Shown: one piece after another, positions 8,773 through 18,157 of the stretch | How positions within the stretch are numbered: position 1 is the first letter of the stretch | Layout of the letters: every line of letters starts with the position of its first letter | IMG/VR virus record: IMGVR_UViG_3300049893_001211 | Location: 1 to 54,097 of that record | Source of the DNA: a virus | Lineage: Duplodnaviria > Caudoviricetes | DNA length: 54,097 nucleotides | Reading direction: 5' to 3' (one strand) | Program-made: the position numbers and the translations under genes | The notes under the pieces: generated by a model | Database searches by the model: none | What the model was told of the DNA's origin: nothing | The model's input: the letters and a program-made list of their open reading frames with translations, nothing else

Positions 8773-10127
8773 TGCCTGTATGGATTCAGCCTAGATATGA
8801 AAGATGGCGCAAGCCGTATGTACGCAGACGTGTACGTACGGTTCCTGGCGCACAAACTATTACACCGACTGGTATTGCTTCGCTCGAAGCGTTCGGTACT
8901 ACAGTAGTTGCTCCTGGCGAAGTGATTATCAGTCCTACAGGGCTATCGAGTTTAGAGGCATTCGGTACACATCAACTAAATCTACAAGTAGCTCCAAGTG
9001 CTATTGCTTCTGAGGAAGCATTTGGTACTACACAGCTTAACTTACAAATTGTAGCTAATGCTATTGCTTCGTTGGAAGCATTCGGAACAACTGTTGTAGT
9101 TCCTGGCGAAGTTACAATCACTCCAAGTGGACTTGCCAGTGCGGAAGCATTCGGTACACTTGTAATATCTCAAGCAACATTCATCGATCCGAGTGCTATT
9201 GCATCACTGGAGGCTTTCGGTTCACATACAATTGTTCCAGGTACAGTTACAATATCGCCAAGTGGTTTAGCAAGTCTAGAAGCATTTGGTACAGCACAAC
9301 TCAATTTGACGTTGTTGCTTACAGGAATCGCTAGTGCAGAAGCATTTGGCACGACACAACTAAACCTAACGTTACTATTAACAGGAATTGCATCGGCGGA
9401 AGCTTTTGGTACACATCAGTTAAACCTCTTTATTGTATGTACAGGAATTTCAAGTGCTGAACTCTTTGGGGATGCATTAATAAATGCAGGTGGTACAATT
9501 CTTACGCCATCTGCAATTGCGTCTGGTGAAGCATTTGGTTCGCATACAATAGTTCCTGGTGTAGTTACGATATTAGCAAATGCGATTGCTTCAGCTGAAG
9601 CTTTCGGTACTACCGTAATAGTTCCTGGTACGGTTACGATAAGTCCTTCTGGAATTGTAAGTGTAGAAGCCTTTGGTACAACTCAATTACACCTTACTAT
9701 ATTCCCGAATGCACTTAGTAGTACAGAAGCCTTTGGAACTACTGGTGTACTGATAAGTGGTTTCGTAAGTCCATCAGGAATTGGAAGTCTCGAAGCTTTT
9801 GGAAGTCATACAGTTGTTCCTGGTACTGTATCAATTGTTGTTACAGGAATTTCGAGTGCAGAAACATTTGGAAACGTAGCATTAGCTCTAACGATATTTC
9901 CGAATGGTTTGGCCTCTCTCGAAGCCTTTGGTACGTCTACTGTCACACTTGGTTCTCCTGTTATATCTCCTACAGGTATTGCATCTGGCGCAGTCTTTGG
10001 TACAGTTATCATAATAGGTGGTCAAGCACCTATTATTGCGTTGGCTACTGCGGCCGTACGGTTGTATAATCGTGCAACTGGTCAAATAGGAATAAAGAAA
10101 GCTACAGCGGATGTAAGTAGAACATGA
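8772..10127 (+). CDS. Repeat-containing fibre-like virion protein (~18 x [I/L]ASxEAFG repeats)
   Basis: 18 repeats of ~20-23 aa counted in the translation; very Ser/Thr rich. Confidence 0.7.
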   Translation: MPVWIQPRYERWRKPYVRRRVRTVPGAQTITPTGIASLEAFGTTVVAPGEVIISPTGLSSLEAFGTHQLNLQVAPSAIASEEAFGTTQLNLQIVANAIASLEAFGTTVVVPGEVTITPSGLASAEAFGTLVISQATFIDPSAIASLEAFGSHTIVPGTVTISPSGLASLEAFGTAQLNLTLLLTGIASAEAFGTTQLNLTLLLTGIASAEAFGTHQLNLFIVCTGISSAELFGDALINAGGTILTPSAIASGEAFGSHTIVPGVVTILANAIASAEAFGTTVIVPGTVTISPSGIVSVEAFGTTQLHLTIFPNALSSTEAFGTTGVLISGFVSPSGIGSLEAFGSHTVVPGTVSIVVTGISSAETFGNVALALTIFPNGLASLEAFGTSTVTLGSPVISPTGIASGAVFGTVIIIGGQAPIIALATAAVRLYNRATGQIGIKKATADVSRT

Positions 10128-10474
10128 ACATAAATACGAACGACTTTACGCTAGTAGCCAGACGTGGCGATACTATTGATGTAGAAGTGCCTGTTGTACG
10201 AAATAATGTAGCTGTAGATATAACGGGAGCAACGTTCAAGCTTTCAGCAAAACGTTGGCTTACAGATACAGTACCGTTGTTTCAAAAGAGTGGCGGTGCT
10301 GTATCTGTACCAACACCGAGTAATGGAATTGCAATTATAACTATTGCACCTGCGGATACAAGTAGTTTTACGGATGATACCATACTACACTGTGATATAG
10401 AAATGACTGAAACCAATGGAAAGATAACAACAGTAGCTAAAGGTGTACTACACGTATTACTCGACGTAGGATAA
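10124..10474 (+). CDS. BppU N-terminal-like baseplate/fibre adaptor
   Basis: RGDT...VDITGAT.....K...G...ITIAPADT...DIE pattern. Confidence 0.6.
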   Translation: MNINTNDFTLVARRGDTIDVEVPVVRNNVAVDITGATFKLSAKRWLTDTVPLFQKSGGAVSVPTPSNGIAIITIAPADTSSFTDDTILHCDIEMTETNGKITTVAKGVLHVLLDVG

Positions 10475-10483
10475 ATTTACGTT

Positions 10484-11527
10484 ATGAAACTTTGTGCACT
10501 CATTCCAAACGAAGCGGAAAGTCCTTCTACATGGTGGAGAGTAACTCGCCCATTTGAATTGCTACAACGACGTGGACATACTACCAAGATAATTCCATTA
10601 CTAGAAACTATACCTACAGAAGATATTTGTGATGCTATTGTAATAATACATCGAATAGTACCAGCAAATCCTGATATGTACATCAAGGATTTGTATAATC
10701 GTGGTGCTGCTACCGTACTATATTCGATTGATGATTATACTGTAAACGTGGATGTATTCAGGCAATATCTCTCAGAGTGTGGTGGTCTAACTCAACATGG
10801 GTTGGACAAGATAATGGAGCGAGTACCAAGACAAATTGAAACGATGAATTTGTGTGATGGTGTAATAGTAACTACACACAATTTACGTGAATTGATAATA
10901 GATCATGTTGAGGTACCTGTTTTTGTATTAGCTAATGCAATAGATGAAAGATGGTTTACAGATGCGTTGGACTCAAACCCACCATATCAGCATAACTCTG
11001 ATTCTATTTACATTGGTTATGCTTCTGGCCGTCGTCCTGAACGAGATTTATTACCTATGGCTCGGGCTTGGGAGCATATTGGAAAGACTTATGAAAACGT
11101 TAGGTTTGTTGTAGCTGGCTGGCAACCTGACGTAATAGATTCTCGCATAGACTTAGACAAAAAGGTACGAATACCGTGGCGGCCTCTGGCTGAATGGCCT
11201 AAGTCTATGCAAGTAGATATTGGATGTTGTCCAGTTGCACCTACATTATTCAATGATGGAAAGAGTCCTATCAAATACTATGAGTATACACTTGCTGGTG
11301 CTGTAGTTGTTGGAAGTCCATTTTATCTTACAGATATCATTAGTGGCCACAATGGCTACATAGCTAAGACAACTAATGAGTGGATACTAAAACTTGAGAC
11401 ACTTATAAATCAACCAGGACAGCGAGAAGCATTACAACGAAACGCTTATTATGGTATACATAATTTCTTGTCTCTGGATGCTACTATTACAGATTGGGAG
11501 TTAGTATTGAATGGGTGTCTTCCATGA
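10484..11527 (+). CDS. Glycosyltransferase, GT-B fold (GT4-like)
   Basis: WRV..P, YSIDD, D.VIVTT..L, NAID, DIG..P, FNDGKSPIKYYEY. Confidence 0.85.
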   Translation: MKLCALIPNEAESPSTWWRVTRPFELLQRRGHTTKIIPLLETIPTEDICDAIVIIHRIVPANPDMYIKDLYNRGAATVLYSIDDYTVNVDVFRQYLSECGGLTQHGLDKIMERVPRQIETMNLCDGVIVTTHNLRELIIDHVEVPVFVLANAIDERWFTDALDSNPPYQHNSDSIYIGYASGRRPERDLLPMARAWEHIGKTYENVRFVVAGWQPDVIDSRIDLDKKVRIPWRPLAEWPKSMQVDIGCCPVAPTLFNDGKSPIKYYEYTLAGAVVVGSPFYLTDIISGHNGYIAKTTNEWILKLETLINQPGQREALQRNAYYGIHNFLSLDATITDWELVLNGCLP

Positions 11528-12624
11528 ATTTGAAAATACGTGCTCTGCTTCAACGTGGACCTAATGACGACTCTGCAAAATATTTCTGGCGGGTAGAAAG
11601 TCCCTTTAACCAACTACGAAAATACGGGATTGATGCTCGAAGTATTGATTTAGACGACAATATTGACGAAGATGTAGATATTTTAGTGTTGCCTAAAATG
11701 TGGATTCCAATTGATGCCCGAGAAGCTGCGCTTAATTTATTTGCACGTATTCGAGAAAGTGGTACGATTATTGTCTACGATGCTGATGACGACATATGGT
11801 CGGAAGGTTATCCACAACACGTAATACAAACATACTGGAATGAAGAAAAAGGTCTAGAACTATTTGATCAACTTGTAAACGTAGCAAGTGAGTTACGAGC
11901 AAATAGTATTTGGACTGCTAGTCAGTGTGATGCTATTACAGTAAGTACACATAATTTAGCTGATTATGTACGATCACAGTTTGATACGCCTGTATACGTA
12001 ATACCAAATGCTATTGATGTAGAACGGTTCCAGAGTACATACAGAAAAAGGGAGGAATTAGAAGACGAAAGTGAAACTGTAACTATTGGTTGGGCTGGTG
12101 GTGCACGTCCACAACATGATTTAGAGCCAATGTTAGCCGCTTGGAACATTCTGGCTGCGCGAGCTGATGTACAGTTTGTAATTGCAGGATGGCTGCCTAA
12201 ATTAGATAGTTGTCAGGCTGCAATTTCAAAGATGATCTATCATGGCTGGACTGATGTAGACAGTTATCAGTCAAACATGCTTGTAGATATTGGTTGTGTG
12301 TCAGTTCGAGATACAGAGTTCAATGCTCGTAAGAGCACCATAAAAGCATGGGAGTTTGCTGCTACAGGTGCATTCGTAGTAGGTTCTAAAGCACTTTATG
12401 GTACTGAACCTATACCATACTGTGAAGATACCCGTGATTGGGTAAAGACGTTAGAATACTACATTGAACATGCAGCGGCTCGGCGAGAATACGCTCGACA
12501 GTATCGGAGACACGTAATGAATCAATACGATATTCGATACAATTGGGTGTATTGGATGGATGCTTACGAAAAGATAACACATGTTGTGAGTACGAAACGT
12601 GCAAGTAACTTGGTTACAGTGTAA
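11524..12624 (+). CDS. Glycosyltransferase, GT-B fold (GT4-like), paralog of upstream gene
   Basis: YDADDD, DAITVST..L, PNAID, IGWAGG, FNARKSTIKAWEF; ATGA overlap at 11524. Confidence 0.85.
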   Translation: MNLKIRALLQRGPNDDSAKYFWRVESPFNQLRKYGIDARSIDLDDNIDEDVDILVLPKMWIPIDAREAALNLFARIRESGTIIVYDADDDIWSEGYPQHVIQTYWNEEKGLELFDQLVNVASELRANSIWTASQCDAITVSTHNLADYVRSQFDTPVYVIPNAIDVERFQSTYRKREELEDESETVTIGWAGGARPQHDLEPMLAAWNILAARADVQFVIAGWLPKLDSCQAAISKMIYHGWTDVDSYQSNMLVDIGCVSVRDTEFNARKSTIKAWEFAATGAFVVGSKALYGTEPIPYCEDTRDWVKTLEYYIEHAAARREYARQYRRHVMNQYDIRYNWVYWMDAYEKITHVVSTKRASNLVTV

Positions 12625-12701
12625 GGAACATGGAGCACAAGTTACATACGATCACACATATAAAGACGTAAAGCGATGTATCTTATGTGGGGGAGTCCTA
12701 G

Positions 12702-14405
12702 ATGCCCTGGAGTCCAACAGATGTACGAAAGAAGTACAAGAAATTAACAAAGAAACAGTCGGAAGTTTGGGCTAAGGTAGCTAACTCGTCTCTTGAGGCA
12801 GGAGACGATGAAGTTACCGCTATCAAAAAAGCAAACGCTGCTGTAAGACAGATGCGTAAAACTGAAGCTATGTCAGAAGCAGCTTCATTGTTAGTTGAAG
12901 CTGGACGTATGATATCTGCTGCGAATATGAAGACTCTAAAGACTGCTATGCAGTCTATGAAAGCAGCAATGGATTCCATAATGCCTCTTATGGGAGACAG
13001 CTCCGATGAAGAAGAGGAAGAGGTTTCTGAAGTTGCTACGTGGGAGTCAGCAAATCTAGAAGAAGCTGCTAAGATATTGGCACAAGCTGATAGCTATGAT
13101 AGTGTTCGATGCGCTGTACAGCAAGCACTACGTCAGCGTGCACTTAGCAATGCTCTAGCGCAGAAAGTCGCTGCCGGCGACTTTGGATATGATGATTATT
13201 ACTATGGTGGTGGTTATCCATATATTCATGACTTGTACGATGGCTATGTAGTGTACTCGTTGTCAGGTGAATTGTATCAGTGTGAATACACTATTGATGA
13301 GAACAATATTGTAACTCTGAGTGATGAAGTAGAAGTAAAGGTAAGCTATGTACCTGTTACTACAAGTGACAAGCAGGAGGAAAGTATTGATCTAAAGGGT
13401 GACTTAGTAGTATTGCAAGAAAAAGCTATTCGAGAAGATGGTACTGCTCGGATTTGTTTGATTACACCTGGATGGGGTTCGTCAGGATATTATAGTAAGG
13501 AAATGTTGAAACGGGATGGTCCAAAAGTGTTCAAAAAGGGAACACACATGTATATGAACCATCCCACTGAAGAAGAAGATCGAGTTAGACCAGAACGAGA
13601 CGTACGCGATTTAGCAGGTGTAATTGCATCTGACGTAGTTTGGGAAGAGCATTCGTCTAACAACATTGGTCCTGGACTTTATGCAGATGTAAAGGTGTTC
13701 CAGCCTTATAAAGAATTCATCGATGAGGCCGCACCACATATCGGTACGTCTATTCGTGCAGCTGGAACTGCTAAAGAGGGGGAGGCAGAGAATAGACATG
13801 GATTGTTAGTGGATAGTTTGAAAGAGGGATATTCTGTCGATTACGTTACGGTTGCGGGTAGAGGCGGACAGATATTATCCCTATACGAATCAGCACGCAG
13901 TAGAGTAAACGTAGAAAAGGTGAAAGGTTTAATCAACATGGAAATTACCAAGGAAGAACTGGATAGCCTACGAGAGAGTGCGAAGAACGCCGCAACTCTT
14001 GAGACTCGTCTTAACGAGTCTAATGCACTTATCCAGAAGATGCGTGATGCTCTGGTTTTGAGTGAGGCTCGGAACGTGGTTTCTGAGACTCTTGTTTCTA
14101 TCCAGATGCCTGATGTTGTTCGTGAAAAGCTTCGCGAGTCTTGCCTGCGTACGGTGCCTCTTACGGAGACGCGTGAATTAGACCGCGATAAGTTTGTAGA
14201 GAATATCAAGGAAGCTGCTGCGGCAGAGTTGAAGTATATTGAAGCTGTTACTGGTAGCGTTACTGGCGGTAAAGTTGTTGGAATGACTCAGAAGATTACC
14301 ACAGAACTTAATGCGGAGGAAGTAGATAAGAATCTCGGTGCAGCATTACAGCGACTTGGTTTGAGCGATAAGGCTGCTGCGATTGCAGTAAACGGGAGAA
14401 ACTAG
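12702..14405 (+). CDS. Capsid maturation protease-scaffold fusion with N-terminal ChaB/DUF2188-like domain
   Basis: ITPGWGSSGYYS...NHP...RDLAG...SIRA...SVDYVT.AGRGG protease core; C-terminal coiled coil; located before decoration and capsid genes. Confidence 0.8.
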   Translation: MPWSPTDVRKKYKKLTKKQSEVWAKVANSSLEAGDDEVTAIKKANAAVRQMRKTEAMSEAASLLVEAGRMISAANMKTLKTAMQSMKAAMDSIMPLMGDSSDEEEEEVSEVATWESANLEEAAKILAQADSYDSVRCAVQQALRQRALSNALAQKVAAGDFGYDDYYYGGGYPYIHDLYDGYVVYSLSGELYQCEYTIDENNIVTLSDEVEVKVSYVPVTTSDKQEESIDLKGDLVVLQEKAIREDGTARICLITPGWGSSGYYSKEMLKRDGPKVFKKGTHMYMNHPTEEEDRVRPERDVRDLAGVIASDVVWEEHSSNNIGPGLYADVKVFQPYKEFIDEAAPHIGTSIRAAGTAKEGEAENRHGLLVDSLKEGYSVDYVTVAGRGGQILSLYESARSRVNVEKVKGLINMEITKEELDSLRESAKNAATLETRLNESNALIQKMRDALVLSEARNVVSETLVSIQMPDVVREKLRESCLRTVPLTETRELDRDKFVENIKEAAAAELKYIEAVTGSVTGGKVVGMTQKITTELNAEEVDKNLGAALQRLGLSDKAAAIAVNGRN

Positions 14406-14408
14406 ATA

Positions 14409-14987
14409 ATGGCAACTAAGCGAAAATTCTTTACTTCGGGTGTGCTTCGTGTTACTGTTCCCTCTGCCACGAAGTCTAACGATCCTATTACCTATGGTGA
14501 TATGGCTGGCGTTGCTCTTACTGATTATGCGTCGTCTGATGCGAAGGCTACCGTAGCGTTTACTGGTGTTTATACGCTTTCTGTTCAGGGTGTTAATGCG
14601 GCTGGTAACGTAGCTGTTGCTGCTGGTGACGCTTTGTACGTTTCAGCAGCGGGAGTTATTTCCCGTAATGCTACTGGTGTGTTCTTTGGGTATGCTATGG
14701 GTGCTGTCAGTAGCGGTGCTACTACTGCTATTGACGTTCGACTTGCTGATGGTGGCCCTGGTGCTGATGAAGCACTTGCAGGAGTGTTTATTTCAGCAGA
14801 AACCACTGGTACAGGTTCTTCACAGAACGTTGCACACGGACTCGGACGAACTCCTACAAAGGTGTTGGTTGTTCCGACTGAGTTTGCTAGCAACTTGAAT
14901 GTGGACGTTGCTGAGGGGACACATACTTCTACTAACGTAGTGCTTACAGTCACTTCTGGCGCAAAATTCAAGGTATTAGCGTACTAA
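14409..14987 (+). CDS. Capsid decoration/cement protein (DUF2190-like) with extra C-terminal domain
   Basis: GVALTD...GV..L...GDALY...FGYA...IDVRL; followed by HGLGRTP domain. Confidence 0.7.
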   Translation: MATKRKFFTSGVLRVTVPSATKSNDPITYGDMAGVALTDYASSDAKATVAFTGVYTLSVQGVNAAGNVAVAAGDALYVSAAGVISRNATGVFFGYAMGAVSSGATTAIDVRLADGGPGADEALAGVFISAETTGTGSSQNVAHGLGRTPTKVLVVPTEFASNLNVDVAEGTHTSTNVVLTVTSGAKFKVLAY

Positions 14988-15006
14988 TACTAGGAGTATA
15001 CTTGCA

Positions 15007-16242
15007 ATGAATGGTACTGAGTTTCTGGAAGTTGTTAGAGAATTCGAGAATGAGGTTGTAACCGCTAAGACTGTCTTTAGCTATCAGGAAGATGGTGTTA
15101 GTGTTGCCAGCCGTCGGCGCAATAGCATAGAGTACAAGCGCAAGCTTTCTGAAGCTATTGAGTTTATGGCTGACATCATGGAAGGTCGCAAGCACCCATA
15201 TCTTCTTCAGGAAGTTATGACGCGCTCTGACTTTCCGCTTTTGTTCGGTGATATTCTTGATCGTACTGTACTAGCTAAGTACAACGAGTGGCCTGCTTCG
15301 TGGACGGCATACGCTAAGCGTGCGGTAGTTAATGACTTCCGTGATGCTTCCCTTATTCCGCCCGTGTATGGAGTTGATGGTCCATTAGACATTGTTGGTG
15401 AGGTTGAACCATATCCTGATGCGAACCTCACTGAGCAAGCACATATCAAGCTGTCTGTTAAGAAGTATGGTCGGCGCGTTCCTATCTCTTGGGAAACGCT
15501 TATCAACGACAATCTTAACATGCTGAGTGATATTCCCGAGCGTCTTGCTCGTGCTGCACGACGGACCGAGCATCGTCTCGTAACTGGTTTGTTTGTGGAT
15601 GCAAACGGACCGCATGCGTCGTTCTTCACTGGTGGGAATAAGAACCAAGTTATTACAGCTAACGGTTCTCCTGCTGCTGTTGGGAATAATCCTGCTCTTT
15701 CTATCAACGCACTTCAGGCTGCGTATATTGTTCTTTCTAAGCTGGTTGACGAAATGGGCGAACCTATCATGCGTGATGTACTCACGTTGGTAGTTCCACC
15801 TGCACTTGAAGTACCCGCAATGAATATCGTGAATGCTATTCAGATTCAGGACTCTTCGCTCTTAGGTGGTGGGCAACCTGACAACAATAGCACGACAGGT
15901 GAGCGCCGACTTATTGTGAATAACTGGATGCGAAATCGTTTGAACGTTGTAGTTGATCCGTATATTCCGATCATTGCAACGACCAACGGTAACACATCTT
16001 GGTTTGTGTTTGCTGATCCGAACTATAGCCGCGAAGCTATTCGTATTGGTTTCCTTCGTGGTCACGAAAGTCCTGAGATTTGGATGAAGTCACCGAACGC
16101 AATGCGTGTTGGTGGTGGCGATGTCGGGGCATTCTCTGGTGACTTTGATTCCGATGCTATTGAATATCGTATCCGACACGTTACTGGTGCAGTGCGTGTT
16201 GATCCAAAGGCGGCAGTTGCTTCGAACGGTACTGGTTCCTAA
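15007..16242 (+). CDS. Major capsid protein (HK97 fold, Mu gpT-like)
   Basis: SDFP.L, KYGR...ISWETLINDNL, AARRTE, LVVPPALE, FLRGHESPE, GDFDSDAIEYRIRH. Confidence 0.9.
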   Translation: MNGTEFLEVVREFENEVVTAKTVFSYQEDGVSVASRRRNSIEYKRKLSEAIEFMADIMEGRKHPYLLQEVMTRSDFPLLFGDILDRTVLAKYNEWPASWTAYAKRAVVNDFRDASLIPPVYGVDGPLDIVGEVEPYPDANLTEQAHIKLSVKKYGRRVPISWETLINDNLNMLSDIPERLARAARRTEHRLVTGLFVDANGPHASFFTGGNKNQVITANGSPAAVGNNPALSINALQAAYIVLSKLVDEMGEPIMRDVLTLVVPPALEVPAMNIVNAIQIQDSSLLGGGQPDNNSTTGERRLIVNNWMRNRLNVVVDPYIPIIATTNGNTSWFVFADPNYSREAIRIGFLRGHESPEIWMKSPNAMRVGGGDVGAFSGDFDSDAIEYRIRHVTGAVRVDPKAAVASNGTGS

Positions 16243-16282
16243 TACTAACTTAGCCTAACAATGGCGTTAGGCTAAGTTAGTA
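16243..16282. repeat. Perfect 17-bp inverted repeat after the capsid gene
   Basis: TACTAACTTAGCCTAAC-aatggc-GTTAGGCTAAGTTAGTA; no U-tract. Confidence 0.8.
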
Positions 16283-16295
16283 CCTAGTAGAAGGG

Positions 16296-16321
16296 AGTGA
16301 GGTTACTTCGGTAACCTCACT
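16296..16321 (+). promoter_or_regulatory. 11-bp C(UUCG)G hairpin between SD and start codon
   Basis: AGTGAGGTTAC-TTCG-GTAACCTCACT; AAGGG(AG) before, ATG 3 nt after. Confidence 0.65.
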
Positions 16322-16324
16322 AAC

Positions 16325-16480
16325 ATGCAACAACACAAAGCCATTTCGGCCGCTTGTACATGTGAAAAGTGCGTTTCAAAATCAAAACTAGAAAAACTAA
16401 AAGCTACTAGAAATAAACGTACATCTGAAGGTTACAAGCCTAAAGATGAAAACGAACTAGTAGAAGTAAAAGGTGATTAA
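16325..16480 (+). CDS. 51-aa basic protein (CxCxxC)
   Basis: Manual translation MQQHKAISAACTCEKC...EVKGD; its stop abuts the next ATG at 16481. Confidence 0.55.
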   Translation: MQQHKAISAACTCEKCVSKSKLEKLKATRNKRTSEGYKPKDENELVEVKGD

Positions 16481-16723
16481 ATGGACATTGTAGTGGGTAC
16501 CATTGTACATTATACATTACCTGAAAATAGAGAAGTACGTCCTGCAATCATTATTAGAACATGGGGTCGTAGTGAACCATATCCAGTTCAGCTAGCTGTG
16601 TTTGTTGATGGCACAAACGATATTCGTGGTGGTGATCCTAATAATCCTCCACTTCTCAAGTGGCGAACTTCTGTAACGTATGATGAGAGTGGTCGTCCTG
16701 GGACATGGAAATGGATTGAGTAA
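16481..16723 (+). CDS. Conserved small phage protein
   Basis: VGTIVHY...PAII...LAVF.DG.ND...GTW.W pattern. Confidence 0.6.
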   Translation: MDIVVGTIVHYTLPENREVRPAIIIRTWGRSEPYPVQLAVFVDGTNDIRGGDPNNPPLLKWRTSVTYDESGRPGTWKWIE

Positions 16724-16725
16724 CG

Positions 16726-17118
16726 ATGTCGTTTACTTACAATCTAGCAACGAATATAGGTAAAGTACGTCGTACAATACCTGACAAAGAAGAAACAGAT
16801 GCTATATGGTCAGACGAGGAAATAACCTCGTTTCTTGATGATGAGAATAACGATTGGCGTCGAGCATCTGCACTTGCTTTAGAGATTATGGCAAGTGACG
16901 AGTTGCTTGTACTCAAGACCATTCGTATTCACAACATCGAGACGAATTCTGATCGTATGGCAAGTGCGTTGATGAAACGCGCGCAGTCTTTACGTCAGCT
17001 TGCAAAAGAAGCTGATGCAGACACAGATGCAAGCTCGTTTGAAATCATTGAAATGGTTACCGACGATAATCAGTACCAAAACAAGGTACTCAATGCAGCA
17101 CTTAGAGGTACTCTCTAA
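16726..17118 (+). CDS. Head-tail adaptor
   Basis: FTY......KVR..IPD.......SDEEI..FL...ALALE; position after capsid. Confidence 0.7.
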   Translation: MSFTYNLATNIGKVRRTIPDKEETDAIWSDEEITSFLDDENNDWRRASALALEIMASDELLVLKTIRIHNIETNSDRMASALMKRAQSLRQLAKEADADTDASSFEIIEMVTDDNQYQNKVLNAALRGTL

Positions 17119-17396
17119 TGCTGTCTCTAACTACATTTGTAACTATTGCACAAATAACTTTTGATCCTAAAGAATTGGTAGGATATCTTTTAGGTCCATT
17201 AGGAACATTGTTTCTGACATTGTTTATTTTATATGCGGGCTATAAAAAGTGGTGGGTATTCGGTTGGTACGCATCTGAACTCAAGAACCGTAATGATAGA
17301 TTGGAAAATCGTATTGATGAGGTAAGCAATGCAGCAAGGGGAGTTACCTCCATTGCCAAAAAGGCAATTGAGAAAGCGGAGGTAACTAGTGAATGA
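17118..17396 (+). CDS. Membrane protein, holin-like
   Basis: TM segment followed by KWWVFGW and coiled coil. Confidence 0.55.
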   Translation: MLSLTTFVTIAQITFDPKELVGYLLGPLGTLFLTLFILYAGYKKWWVFGWYASELKNRNDRLENRIDEVSNAARGVTSIAKKAIEKAEVTSE

Positions 17397-17583
17397 AAGA
17401 TTACAACGTATGTGGTTGTTACTTTTAGGAATAGGTAAACCCCATTTTGATATTGGGAACGACCATAAGATATATGAAGCTGATCGAACTATTGCGGAAA
17501 TAAACAAAGAGCGTCAAGAGTTGGAAGCCCGATTAAGGCTTCTAGAAATACAAGGAACTCCGCGAGGTCCGATGAATGGGTGA
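17389..17583 (+). CDS. Small coiled-coil protein
   Basis: Short hydrophobic N-terminus, C-terminal heptads; overlaps neighbours. Confidence 0.5.
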   Translation: MNERLQRMWLLLLGIGKPHFDIGNDHKIYEADRTIAEINKERQELEARLRLLEIQGTPRGPMNG

Positions 17584-18157
17584 AGTAGCATTTAGAGACG
17601 TAATACGTGTAACTGCTTTAATAATCGCAATTGTTTTATTGTTCTTTTCGTTGATGGCAGTTGGAAGACATTGGGCTAATTTACATTATCAAAGAGCAGC
17701 TAGAATAAATGGAATTCGTTGGATACAATCTTGGACAAATTTACGTATACATGGCAATCGCGCCCTATTTGCTAGTGTATACATATTTATTGGGCTACTT
17801 GGATTCCTGAAAGTACCAGATGAAATTTTAATTCCAACTGCGTCATTTTTCTTTCTAATCGTTTTATTAAGTTGTCTTGTTAGTTCTATAATGGATTGGC
17901 AATCAGAAAATATTCAATTACATATCCTTCTTCGACATGATGAAAACACAAACTTTCCGTTAGTACGAAGACATCTACATAAGTTACGAAACCTATTAGG
18001 TATTTATTTCGCTGGATCATCTATAAAAGCTGGAGATACTATACAATTAGAAGATGAAATATCTAAACTGCTTGACGATATACATAACTCGATACGAAAG
18101 ATGGATACGTCGTATGTAATTCCAACGGATAAGAAAGATGTTGAGTCCAAAGAATAA
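17576..18157 (+). CDS. Multi-pass membrane protein (3 TM plus soluble C-terminus)
   Basis: Three hydrophobic stretches. Confidence 0.6.
   Translation: MGEVAFRDVIRVTALIIAIVLLFFSLMAVGRHWANLHYQRAARINGIRWIQSWTNLRIHGNRALFASVYIFIGLLGFLKVPDEILIPTASFFFLIVLLSCLVSSIMDWQSENIQLHILLRHDENTNFPLVRRHLHKLRNLLGIYFAGSSIKAGDTIQLEDEISKLLDDIHNSIRKMDTSYVIPTDKKDVESKE

Noticed and set aside
8850-10000. Periodic GAAGC(A/T/C)TT(T/C)GG DNA repeats resembling a CRISPR array or DGR repeats
   Set aside because: They are in-frame codons of the EAFG protein repeat with synonymous variation; no cas operon or reverse transcriptase present
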